Part shown: in pieces, positions 42,227 through 61,216 of the stretch | Layout: every line of letters begins with the position of its first letter | Numbering within the stretch: the stretch's first letter is position 1 | Source: Octopus sinensis | Taxonomy: Eukaryota | Assembly (NCBI RefSeq): GCF_006345805.1 | Contig: NC_043008.1 | Coordinates: 35,216,001-35,280,000 of the forward strand | Direction: 5' to 3' | Length of the DNA stretch: 64,000 nt | Made by a program: the position numbers and the translations under genes | Notes under the pieces: model-generated | Database searches by the model: none | Told to the model about the DNA's origin: nothing | What the model saw: the letters and a program-made list of their open reading frames with translations, nothing else

Positions 42227-43435
42227 TGTTTCTTTATTAGCCACACAGGGCTGCACACAGATAGAACAAATTACAAAGTAGAGCTTTTCTTTTGGGGGTA
42301 AAAAAAGGAGAGTGGTGGTTTTCGATCAAAAGGGATCGTAAAAGGAAAGAAAAAGGACAAAAAAAGGGGAGGGGTTAAAAAAAGGGGGGGAGAGAAAAAA
42401 AAATGAATAATAGCGATCGTTATCACAGAAATGTCAATATGAAGTGTAAAGGGGAGGACAGGTGAGGTTTACCCGTGGAAAGAAAAGCCTACGGAAAAGA
42501 CCACGGTAACCTCGGTCAATGAAGTCACATGTTATATTTCTTTTTTTTTTTTTTTTTTGCAAATAAGCAACTCTCTGTATTAATTTTTGGTTCATAGAAT
42601 CATAGTCAAGGTGGCTTCGTCATTCATACGTGCCATCCTTGCTACATTCACCATCTTTTTTAAAACATTCACTAGACAAAATTGCCTCTCTACTCTCACT
42701 TTCCTCTTCAAGTGATACTTGAAGAAGTTGATGAGAGATTGACCAGAGAGGAAAGTGTTTGTCTCTAATCCTTTCAGGCGCGTCCACCAGATACATTCTT
42801 TCGCCATATCCACAAGTATGATAAAAATAGCTCTTCCTTCCCGTTTGAAGGAAGGAGGCGTGACGATATTAACGATAGACTCGGCTGATAACCGACACGT
42901 CCCACACGTGACAGCAGTCGTTCGACATAAGCCCACAGGTCGGAAATTGCTGGACACTGCACGATTGCGTGCAGAGCGGTTTCGTCGCTCTGACCGCATC
43001 TCGGGCAGGTCGGCCCCGTGTTTCTCGAGCCATGCCTATAGAGCTTATCCCGAACGGGTAGCGCTTCTCGGTAGCACCGCCAGGCCAGGGATCTCTGGAA
43101 GTTGTCCATAGGTCCCGGGCCGAAAGTCGTTTGAAACAGGCGGGTCAGGTATTCCTCGTCGACGCCCAGGTTTGCCCCGAGCTCGTCGTCGTACCTCCCC
43201 TCCACTAATCCCCTATAGAATGCTTTGGTTGTGTTGAAGTCACTCAAGGTCGACCCGGGACGGCAGAGTTGCCTGAGAGCAACGCGACACTCGCGGTGCC
43301 AATCGCCCTTCCTCGGCCTCTTTTTGATCCACGACTGTAGTGCGGTCATGGAGACGAGTTGCGGGAATGCGTGCCTCACAAACGGCGACCACACCTGTTC
43401 ACCGTCGTCTACATAGAGCCGGAGATGTAGACGAC
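42226..43435 (-). mobile_element. L1/Tx1-clade LINE 3' fragment (ORF2 C-terminal zinc-finger region and 3' UTR) inside a (GATA)n tract
   Basis: ORF 42774-43394: AWRCYREALPVRDKLYRHGS..CPRCGQSDETALHAIVQCPAISDLW; one frameshift to ..KECIWWTRLKG..TLTMIL*. AATAAA lies 7 nt before the 3' end. (GATA)n flanks at 42026-42225 and 43436-43710. Confidence 0.88.
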
Positions 43436-43561
<126 letters not shown>

Positions 43562-43717
43562 TAGAAAGAGAGACAGGTAGATAAATAGATAGATTGATAA
43601 ATAGTTAAATGATAGATAGATAGACAGGTAGATAGAAAGACAGACTGACAGACAGACATACAGACAGACAGACAGACAAACAGATAGATAGATAGATAGC
43701 TAGATAGATAGACACAG

Positions 43718-43748
<31 letters not shown>

Positions 43749-45234
43749 CTATGCGAGCGCACACACTCACACACGAACACTCACAGGCGCACATATGGTA
43801 AATTTGCCGGGTTGGTGGCTTACCTGTGTCTGTATATCTTTAAGTGTGACACCGCGTAAAAAAATAGTGTCTTAGAAATCACGGAAATAAAAAGCAGACC
43901 TTATAAAAAATTTTAAAGATTGGGAGTCTGTATGATCAATGAAACCCATTCAAGGCGATACTCCAGCATGACCGTAGTCTAATGCCTCAAACAAATAAAA
44001 GAATACAATGAATAGAACGAACTGAGTAAGTTTCCAGTCCGTGATATACGACGAGAGAAATGAGAATACGTGACATTCATTCATTTTCAAACGAGTATTA
44101 ACGATGAATATGGCGGAAGATGAGATTGAACAGAAGACTGATGCTACGTCTCAGTCTGGACCCATGAAAGTATTTGCTCTTTAGTAATACAATGTCTTCC
44201 ACTCTGTGAAGAATAAGCAATGGTTTCAATGTAATTAGTTTTGTATTTTAGAGGTAGTTTTGCCATTCTCTGTTGTAGTGTTTCTGCGATAGCAATAGGG
44301 TGAAACCATGTCGGTGTCTTGGCTTACCTGGGGCTTCCTCTCCTCTCTTTCTGTAATGGAACACACTACTCTATGGTAAATATCGATTGTTTAAAGATAT
44401 TTTACGATGGGTTAATATCTTCGGAAAAGGAGATATATCTTGTGTGCGTGTGTGTCTGTGTACTTCTGTATGCACACACACATACACACAAGCACGCACA
44501 CACATATATATCTATGTGTTTTCTTATATGTGTAGTTTCTTTTTATTTATATATGTATGTATATATCGAATAAGAATCGCCATCAATTGAATCCGCTAAC
44601 AACAAATAATTTCCTTTCCACTTGACTGTTTGGGGGACAAAGTATTTATCTAACATGGCGCTGTGTAACAATACGTTACTGATTGGCTGAAGTTAAATAG
44701 AGAGAAATCCTATAAATTTACCGAGAATTGCTAAATAAATGTGTTAGAAGGAAAAATAAGGAAAGCAACAATTACAGAATTAATATTTTGAAAAAGAAAA
44801 CGTTAACTTTTCTGCAGTGATGCTACGAGAAATAACGACCTATATAAGGGAGGCGTGGTTATTGCTATGGCTTTTCTCATAAACTAACTGCTACGTGAAA
44901 TGAAAAGGAAAAATAGGTATCTACAAGGAAACAAAGAACAGATATCTCTGTGATTTGGTCAAGCTGCTAGAAATAGCAGTCATATCTTCCTTGAACCATA
45001 CCGTACCAATATTGGAAGTTAGATACATTTGATAATTTATTCGGGGTACAGTATACATGAAAAGAGAGGGAAGGCATGGCAGTCAACGCTTCAGTGATTT
45101 AATTAATAGGTTTTATTGATCTGGGTGAAAATGGATTTACAACAAACACATAACAAATAACAAACAACAAACAACAAATTATAACAAACACAAAATAGCA
45201 ACAAATGAAATAATTGTTTGTGATTTAAGCATAA

Positions 45235-46630
45235 GATTACCAAAGGGAGACGGGATTAATCGATTAAATTGATGCAGTATTTGGACGCTATTTTATTTTA
45301 TCGCCTCCGAAGAGATAAAAGGCAAAACTAAACTCAATAAGATTTGAAAGCAAGAATGTAATGAATCCGTAGAAATAGCGCGAAATATTTTGTTCGGCGC
45401 ACAAAGGATTCTGTTATTCCACATCATCAAACAGCAAATAGTAATTCTCTCAACTACAAGCATAAAAACCTGAATATTTGTAGGGAGGTGGGAGTCGATT
45501 ACATGGACCCCAGTACTTAACTGGTGCTTATTTTGTTCACCCCGAAAGGATGAAAGGCAAAGTCCACCTCGACAGAATTTGAACTTAGAATGTATTGTGT
45601 CGGAAGAAATGCCCCTAAGTATTTTGTCCGGCGCGCAATCGATTCTTATTTCTTTACTACCCACAAGGGGCTACACACAGAGGGGACAAACGAGGACAGA
45701 CAAACGGATTAAGTCGATTATATCTACCCCAGTGCGTAATTGGTACTTATTTAATCGACCCCGAAAGGATGAAAGGCAAAGTCGACCTCGGCGGAATTTG
45801 AACTCAGAACGTAGCGACAGACGAAATACCTATTTCTTTACTACCCACAAGGGGCTAAACACAGAGAGGACAAACAAGGACAGACATATGGATTAAGTTG
45901 ATATCATCGACCCCAGTGCGTAACTGGTACTTATTTAATCGACCCCGAAAGGATGAAAGGCAAAGTCGACCTCGGCAGAATTTGAACTCAGAACGTAGCG
46001 GCAGACGAAATACCTATTCATTTACTACACACAAGGGACCAAACAGAGAGAGGGCAAACAAGGACAAACATATGGATTAAGTCGATTATATCGACCCCAG
46101 TGCATAACTGGTAATTATTTAATCGACCCCGAAAGGATGACAGGCAAAGTCGACCTCGGCGGAATTTGAACTCAGAACGTAGCGGCAGACGAAATACCCA
46201 CTAAGCATTTCGCCCGGCGTGCTAACGTTTCTGCCAGCTCGCCGCCTTTGATCAGAAAATAACTAAACGAAACGGTTTCAAATTTAGCACAAGAACAGGA
46301 ATTTGAGGGAAGGAGCTACGCCGATTACTTCGGCTGTAGTGCTAAAATGCTGCTTTGATCGATTCTTGAGATCAAATGCTAGAGAAAGGACGAAAGGCAG
46401 AATCGACCTCGGCAGTTTAACTCGGGGCATAAAGAAACTGGTAGAAATGCCGCTAAACCTTTTGTTTGACGCACTAATGTTTTCTGCTTTAGGAAAAAGC
46501 ATAAGCATGAAATGTTGGGGGAGGAGCTCTAGTCGATTATATCGACCCCACCACGCCCAGTACTCAGCTGGCATATGCTGTATTGACCCAGAAGGAATGA
46601 AAGGCAAAGCCGACCTCAGCAGAATTTGAA
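45235..46630 (-). mobile_element. Cluster of minus-strand SINE family B copies, including head plus three tandem 184-bp units (45647-46248)
   Basis: Units 45647-45830, 45831-46014 and 46015-46198, head 46199-46248. Older copies at 45235-45420, 45470-45645, 46270-46450 and 46490-46630. Confidence 0.92.
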
Positions 46631-46961
46631 CAACTACAAATAATAATAACAGTAACAACAAATACAATAATAACAAGAATAAAAACAATAGAAACCAATC
46701 AATCATGCAAAATGGATAATGATTAGATGTGATTGAATGGAGACATACACAGAGAGGCATGATCGTTATGGAATCATTTGGTGTAAACTAATGACTGATC
46801 AGGGATAGATGAAAATAGCATTTGGCTGCTTCGATAGTGTGTTAATTTATTCTCATATTGCATTTAGTTATTGGACCACGGCAGCCATGTTTGAACCTCA
46901 CTGTTACTTATTTTAGTCTGGGGCACTGAACTATAACCTGTTATTTTAGAACTAAGTAAGG

Positions 46962-47945
46962 GGGTGAGTTGGTAGAATCGTTAGCACGCCGGACAAAATG
47001 CTTAGCGGTATTTCGTCTGCCGTTAGGTTCTGAGTTCAAATTCCGCCGAGGTCAACTTTGCCTTTCATCCTTTCTGGGTCGATTAAATAAGTACCAGTCA
47101 CGCACTGGGGTCGATGTAGTCGACTTAATCCGTTTGTCTATCCTGGTTTGTCCTCTCTGTGTTTAGCCCCTTGTGTGTAGTAAAGAAATAGGTATTTCAT
47201 CTGCCGTTATGTTCTGAGTTCAAGTTCCACCGATGTCGACTTTGCCTTTCATCCTTTCGAGGTCGATAAATTAAGTACCAGTTACGCACTGGGGTCGAGG
47301 TAATCGACTTAATCCGTTTGCCTGTCCTTGTTTTTCCTCTCTATGTTTAGCCCCTTGTGGGCAATAAAAAATAAGAATCGTTAGCACGCCGGACGAAAAC
47401 CTTAGCGGCATTTTGTCTATCTTTATGTTCTGAATTTAAATTCCACTAAGTTTGATTTTAACTTTCATCCTTTCGATGAATTAAGTTTCAGTCGATGGAT
47501 TAAGTACCAGTCCAATACTGGGGTCGATGTAATCGACTATCGCTCTCACCACAAATTTCAGGCTTTATGCCTATTATAGGAAGAATTATTGACGTTCTTT
47601 TGTTAGTTGTTTTAATCAGCCTCGTTTTGAGGCCCTCTTCTGGTTGGTAGCAAACACAATGTATGTTTGTTAAATAGTAACTAAAACCTGAGGAAGATAA
47701 AGGTAGTCTTAAGAAGTTATGGTATATGTCCAGCACTAGGACGGTGAGATGCTAGAGTCGTTAGCACGCCGGGCAAACGTCTAGCGACATTTTGTCCGTC
47801 TTTACATTCTGAGTTGAAATTCCACCGGGGGCGACCATGAATCTTTTCGGGGTCGATGAAATAAGCACCAGTTGAATACTGAGGTCGATTTAATCGACTT
47901 GCCTCCTCTTTCAAACTTGCTGGCCTTGTGCCAAAATTTGAAGCT
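46962..47945 (+). mobile_element. Cluster of plus-strand SINE family B copies, including two tandem 184/183-bp units
   Basis: Units 47007-47190 and 47191-47373. Older copies at 47374-47580 and 47745-47945. Confidence 0.92.
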
Positions 47946-48353
47946 AATGTATGTGAAGCCCTTTAGATAGATCGCTAAATAGATAAACAGACAGATAAAT
48001 AATGGGAGTGAGGGGTAAGCACAAAAAAAATGATAAATGAAGTTTCAAAAATAGAATTAGACAAAGGGAAAAAGAACTCGAGAAAGAAAGGCCTAAAAAC
48101 AACAAACAGTCAGACAGGCGAACAGGCAGCTGGGCAGTCAAACAGACGGTCTGACAGGCATACACAGAGAAAATGAAATTATATAAAATAAAACAATGAA
48201 AGTCGTTTTTAGAGCATTTATCGTTCGATGTTGAATTAAATCTATATTTATTACTGTTTCGCTGTGATGTTAGATTTTATCAGTAAAGCGAAAGAGCAAT
48301 TTTAAATTATAACATAAACCGAGATATAGTTCATTAGACAAGCAGCAGGAGTG

Positions 48354-48425
48354 ACTTCCGGATAGCAGAAGCCACTTCCTGGCCAGTCTTGCTTTAGGTG
48401 ATCTCTTCCTGTGCTTCACTTCCGG
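48354..48425. promoter_or_regulatory. Cluster of four same-orientation ETS-type cores (candidate promoter or enhancer)
   Basis: ACTTCCGG at 48354, CACTTCCTGG at 48373, CTTCCTGT at 48405 and ACTTCCGG at 48418, in a GC-richer patch I do not recognise as a repeat. Confidence 0.35.
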
Positions 48426-48654
48426 TGCCACCTAACATTAGATTATCATCAAATGTGGATGAATATGCAAAGAGTTTGCAGTTGACCTTTGCTAATATAT
48501 TTGAATTTATATTTACTATCATTACTGAAATTGTCAAGTCGAGAAAATCTCTTTATGATGACCTGACCTGTTAGAAATAGCAACTAAATATACCTTATAT
48601 CACATCATACCACAATCTTGGACAACGCCACGCCTGGAAAAATTACTTTGGGGG

Positions 48655-49085
48655 CGAAACTGGTAGACAAACTGCGTGGAAAACTTTTGTGTGTGCATGT
48701 ATGCGTGTGGTGTGTGTATGTGTGTGTGTGTGTGTACATATGTGTGAGTATATGTGTGCGTGTATGTGTGTGCATGTGAGCATGTGTGTGTGTACGTGTT
48801 TGTGTGTGTATGTCTGTGTGTGTGTTTGTGTGTGAGTGCGTGTGTGCGTGCGTATGTGTATGTGTTTGTATCTTAATGTGTTTCTTCTCCACCGCTTAAC
48901 AAACGATATCGGTTTGATTGCGTCGCTGTAATTTAATAGCTCGTCAATGGGGACCGACAGAATAAGTATCAGACTTATGGGAAAAAGTACTGGGGTCGAT
49001 TTGTTCGACTAAACCATTAAAATCAGTGTCCCAGCGTGGCCGCAGTCAAATGATTTGAAAAGAAAAAACAGATAAAAAAAGATAG
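48655..49085 (+). mobile_element. SINE family A, (TG)n plus 3' half
   Basis: caccgcttaacaaacga..gacagaataagtat..gtactggggtcgatttgttcgactaa..ggccgcagtcaaatga. Confidence 0.8.
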
Positions 49086-49159
49086 AAAAGGCTAAGAATG
49101 AGAAAAAAGAATTGATTCCCGTTGGTTCTTGTTCAGTTCTTGGGCAGCTGAATCCAGTC

Positions 49160-49213
<54 letters not shown>

Positions 49214-49840
49214 TACTATTTCAACTTGAAAACAATTCAACTCCTTTACGTTATTTAATCCCTTGAGAAAGATTTGTATATTGGACAATTATTTCTCCTC
49301 TGACCTGTATAGTTCTGTTTATCTATCTAAACAGGAAATCAATTGTCGAAATGACCACATTGATAAGAAGCCCACAGACATGCGATATTGAAAAAGGAAT
49401 TGTAAATTTTTCAAGAATTTCGTATTATTCTTTCATGCCTTTGCAGAAGCTGCAATTGATATTTGGTAACAATGTCCTGTGAGGTTAAAGATTCATGCAT
49501 TTATTTGGTCAATATCTCGAGAGTGAAATCACAGTAAGAACGAAGAGCTATATTCTTGTTTGTTTTTTTTCCTCGTCTAGTGGAATACTTAATGAATAGA
49601 AAGAAAAGTGTATAGGAAGGATAAACAAACTTTGTATGACAAATATCGAATACAGGTCAATAGAGGCGAAAGCTCTGTCAGTCAAGCAAATACTTTCAAC
49701 TGAAATTAGAAATTTGAGAAATAGAAATCTCCTCCGGCCGTTTCCTGTCAAAGTTTACATCCCATCAATTTGCAGTTATACAACAAACTCTGTTGACGAA
49801 TCCGTTTCTTTATTTTTACCTTTCTATCTTTTTCGACCAG

Positions 49841-50025
49841 ATCCGATCATTTTTCACTACGAAGAAGAAGAAGAATTTAAAGCATGGCTGCAGCATTCCA
49901 TCAGCAGTGGAGTAAACGACGTTTCAACAATAGTGGAGCAGACGACAGAAATATCAGCGGATGACACTTCAACAACTGTGAATCAAGCAAACAGACGACA
50001 TTCTCTTGTAAAAGAGAGGTTTTAA
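49841..50025 (+). CDS. Candidate terminal coding exon of an unidentified host gene
   Basis: A 30-nt pyrimidine tract ends in ccag at 49840. Phase-1 frame (D)PIIFHYEEEEEFKAWLQHSISSG..RRHSLVKERF* is not low-complexity and not a recognised transposon. AATAAA repeats at about 50298-50322. Confidence 0.35.
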
Positions 50026-50446
50026 GAGACGGACATTTTCTTTTTCTCTCCAGTGAGAAATCGATTTTTGTATCAGATTCATTGTTGATACTTTTATTAG
50101 TTTTATTATTTTTATGGATTCCTTTTCGTTATTTTATCCTGAGATTTTCTTACTGAAAGGAACAGGAAACAGTGAGTGCATTATAGTTCTATGTTAGCGA
50201 AGTCGGTAGTCCACTTGAAAAGTTTATTTATAAACAGCTCTGAATATTCATAGATATTTAAAAATACCTCGTGATTAATTATTTCTTTTTAAACATGAAT
50301 AAATAAATAAATAAATAAATAAAAATACGTGTGAATCACTATCAATAAAATTCGGTGAGTATTTTTATACATAATGCAGTTGATAAGTTGATCGTTGAGG
50401 GTGTTTCAATATGAAAGAAGTTATGTGTTTCCAATAAAGTAACGTC

Positions 50447-50900
50447 TTAAAGTGGAACCATATTCAAAACGGAGGCACATTTAGCTGTTATTTCCAGTAG
50501 GCTATATGACCATGCAATTTCTTTCGTTAGCTCAAAACTATCGTGTTTAAATGTTTGTGTAAATGCTTTGCATATTTTTCTTGTCTTATCCACTTCGTGG
50601 CTATTCTTATTGTGTACTACACCTAGACCACCGTCCCTATACAAGCAGATATTGGCGTTTTTATAGAAAAGGATAGTTGGAGGCAGAGAACAACCAGACC
50701 CACTACATCTGCTTTGCAATGACTCCACATGGCGACATCAAATAGCTCATCTTTTTCTTTTCACCCAATAAGTACTATCGTGAAGAAATGATGATTTTCT
50801 TGCATTCAATATAATGTCTCGATCAGTGTTACCAACATTCTTAAGTGGAAGGCTTGAAGGATTCAGGAATATTTTGCGTCAAACCATTGGCAGCGCTCTT
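50447..50900 (-). mobile_element. Penelope-like reverse transcriptase fragment
   Basis: WVKRK/DELFDVAMWS.. and CLYRDGGLG..DKTRK match the Penelope-type FDV.MGS and GLYRDDGL motifs. Confidence 0.75.
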
Positions 50901-51392
50901 AATTCACAAAGAAAGAATATTTATCCCCACCAACATATATCCCCACTGATATTTAAAAATGCAGTGTTAACAAGATATGCAAATTAGTAGCTCTAGTAAT
51001 TGTTGAGTAGATAAACGGATGAACTGACGCCTCTGATGAGAATTTAATAAGATTCGAAAGTCGGTAAAGCTAGTTTATCATTTCTTTTCAATCCACAGAG
51101 AAAGCTAATTTACCCCTGAGTAGAAAGGTACTCTACAGGGTATTTATATGTATATAGCTATATTTATATATACATATATATATTTATAAATATGTAAACA
51201 CGTTAGCCGCTTAAATTGGAGCCTATATTATTACTATAAAAAGTAATATATAATTACAGTTATATATATATAAAGAAATAATAGAGATTCAGTTGAATTA
51301 GGTACTTAAGTTGAAGCACCAAGTCAGTCCGGTATTATCCACACTGATAAAAGGTGAATAAAATCCTTGACATCCTGGATTTTATATATATA

Positions 51393-52894
51393 CTAGCATT
51401 ATGACCCGTCGTTGCCGGGTCATAGTGCTAGTGCATGTATATATGTGTATATATATGTGTACATATTACATGTACATCTATATATATACATCTACACATA
51501 AAATACAAAATACAAAGTTATATCTTGATATCGCAAGTGATAACAATACTCAAAATATATAACAGACTGGAATTGTAGGCCCGTCTCTTGCATTTTCGAT
51601 CAATTGTATCTTGTTCCCCCTCTTGTATAGAAGTGTGGCTACAATACAGCCTACCTCTACTTCTGGGGGAGGGGGCATTTTAAATTTTTATCCGGGACGT
51701 CCTACATCCCAGATATAAAGGTAAAGATAAAATATTTCCACTTTGCATGGTTCGAGTCGAGTACTCCCTTGCACGCTCCGTTGACTCGAACCTTACTTCT
51801 ATTGTGGCGAATTTACCGCCTCTAGTTAGATATCTTTCATAGTCGCACCAAGACACTTTTCGATGGTGCTTTCCTCCAGGTGTTCAAATCTTTTTTCTTC
51901 TCTACATTGTATACTTTATAGACAATAGTCTTTTCTTTAATTTAATTTTTTATTTCGTTTGGTGGTGTTATCCTAGATTCACCGTCTTTGTCGTTGATCA
52001 ATCTGTATTTCTTCTATTTTAATTTCAATGAGTTCGCGCCCATCGACGGCTGCAGCGAAATTCATTTTTGGACTTTCTTCTATCGAAAGCATTCTAACAA
52101 AAATGCTTCCGTGTAAACGGTGAAAATATTGTCAATTTCCCCAAACAGGGACACAATTCAAATTTTAAACAATAACCAAAGCTCCTTCTCCCAAAGGGGG
52201 AGGATTACAGTTTACAATTATTTAACAAATGCAACACAACAATGTTTCCTTTACGAGGAACCAACAAACGTGATAACAATAGTTAAACAATAATAATAAT
52301 AACAACAAACCTTACGATGAATCAGAAAGCAGTAAGCAGTTGAAGCTTTAGTCCTTTATGTATAAGAAATAGACAAACAGCAGTACTCTGTAGAACCGAC
52401 TGTTCGAGAAAACAGATATTACATACAGCCAAACTTCATATAGATACTTAATGCTAGCTAATTAGCAGATAATCTAATGTAAAAGTACAGCTCCATCTGG
52501 ACTATTCCATTTCTGCACGCTAATTTTATTGTTAATTTATTCCCATTCATGTGAAACCACTTATTCAAGTTCAAGTCATTGATGCAATTTTATACCAATT
52601 GCTATTTTTACTTTTGTCATGTTACGATTATATTATACTTTAGTTTGATTTTAATTATTACATACTACATATAATTCAATTGTTATTATTATTTTTATTG
52701 TTAAAGTGAAAGTATTTGACATAAAATAGAGAAATGTTTTTGTTTCACTTTTAACACGTAATACTGAAATAGTGGAGAAGATATGATAATGCTATGGGCT
52801 CGCTCTAGACAATGACACTCCCCGGATCCTAAGTAAGGCATGTGTAAAATTTGAATGAAATTGGTTGTGTAGTTCTCCAGTTTTAGGGAAACAC

Positions 52895-52925
<31 letters not shown>

Positions 52926-52953
52926 CACATTCTCAGTTTTATATATATATAGA
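51393..52953 (-). mobile_element. Non-autonomous Helitron-type element, 1561 bp
   Basis: The minus strand starts A|TCtatatatat..(CTGT)n and ends with the hairpin cggcaacgacgggtc.. before CTAG|T. On the plus strand actagcattatgacccg/cgggtcatagtgctagt is a 17-bp stem with one G-T pair. Confidence 0.7.
51570..52170 (-). mobile_element. LINE ORF1-like pseudogene fragment inside the Helitron-type element
   Basis: Frameshifted EKTIVYKVYNVEKK/RFEHLEESTIEKCLG/YLTRGGKFATIEVRFESTERAREYS..LPLYLGCRTSRIKI*N.PPEVEVG resembles an L1/Tx1 ORF1 RNA-binding region. Recognised by pattern only. Confidence 0.5.
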
Positions 52954-52970
52954 TATATACATATATATAC

Positions 52971-53012
<42 letters not shown>

Positions 53013-53089
53013 AGTTGTTTATATATATATATATATATAAACACACAATTTAATATTGGTGTTCATGTACAATAGCTGTAGTTGTCGTC

Positions 53090-59990
<6,901 letters not shown>

Positions 59991-60084
59991 CTATTTTTCA
60001 TTATAATTTTGTTATTCTATTTCCCTCTGCTGCTCTGAGGGACCGCATCCCTTTCTTGCCATTATGTTATACTACGTTAATCAT

Positions 60085-60265
60085 GTGCATGCGTGTCTGA
60101 TTTTGTTCCCCACCACAATTTGACAACGGGTGTTGGTGTGCTTACATCCTCGTAACTTTGCAGTTCAGGAAACAGACCAATGAAATAATTACCAGGCTTT
60201 TAAAAATAAGCGTTGCGATCGATTCGGTCGATTAAATTCTTCAAGGCGGTGCCCCAGTATGGCGG
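60085..60265 (+). mobile_element. SINE family A, 3' half
   Basis: caccacaatttgacaacgggtgttggtg..gtaact..tcaaggcggtgccccagtatggc. Confidence 0.8.
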
Positions 60266-61181
60266 CATCCAAGTATGCTATGGCGAAATCCGTATCTGCA
60301 AGCATCTTGCTGGAAAATACTAAGTGCCACCTTTATCCCGAAAGGAAGTTGATTGAATTTATATAAACCTTTCTGAACGTCTTATCGTTAATAATTTCGA
60401 ACATTCTTCTCAACTTGTAACTATAAATACGCCTCCGACAAGTCCAATTTTGAGAAAATTTGTCCTCCATTGAGTTTCACAAAAATTTCTTCTTGGTTTG
60501 GTAGTAGATAATTGTATATCCTTAAACATTCGTTCAAACCTGTTGAAAAGACCGCGCATTCTCGTATTTTGTTACTGTTTTTCTTTACGTAAACAGTTGG
60601 TGCTGCCCATTCTGAATAATCAACTTTTACTATAACTCCCATCTTTTCTACCCTATCTAATTCCTTGCTGACTTGATTCAACGCCACGAAACGTACAGCT
60701 CACTTCAGTTTAAACACCAGTATGGTGTTTTCTTTTACTTGACATTTTACTTTTGTCTTGGTGCATCTGCCTAATTCTTCCGAAATATCATCTGGAAAAA
60801 TCTTTTTCAATTTCTTTTTAAAATCACCTGACGCCTTATTTGAACTGGTGTACAGCCGTTTACATTATTACAAAAATATTTATGGCGAGGTTCCATAAAT
60901 TAAACAATTCTATCCAGTCTGTACCAAAAAGGTTCGTCGTATTTTTTTATACAAAAGCTTTAGCCTTGAAAGTATTCCCACGAAATGTTACCTCCTAGAA
61001 ACATGAGTGGCTGTGTGGTAAGTAGCTTGCTTACTAACCACATGGTTCCGAGTTCAGTACCACTGCGTGGCACCTTGGTCAAGTGTCTTAGCCTCGGGCC
61101 GACCAAAGCCTTGTGAGTGGATTTGGTAGACGGAAACTGTAAGAAACCCGTCGTATATATGTATGTATGTATGTATATATA

Positions 61182-61216
<35 letters not shown>

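Noticed and set aside
44110-44169. Possible first coding exon MAEDEIEQKTDATSQSGPMK
   Set aside because: Only 20 codons, a weak donor (AAA|GTATTT) and no supporting promoter or homology.
43810-44335. Two strong minus-strand donor sites (CAG|GTAAG)
   Set aside because: The first lies in a decayed SINE A tail; the second has no convincing acceptor or reading frame.
45647-46198. Regularly spaced direct repeats as a CRISPR-like array
   Set aside because: The units are whole 184-bp SINE bodies with no unique spacers, and the context is eukaryotic with no cas genes.
51570-51940. Helitron helicase coding sequence
   Set aside because: No PIF1 motifs such as KSQG or YVALSR; the peptide fits a LINE ORF1 better.
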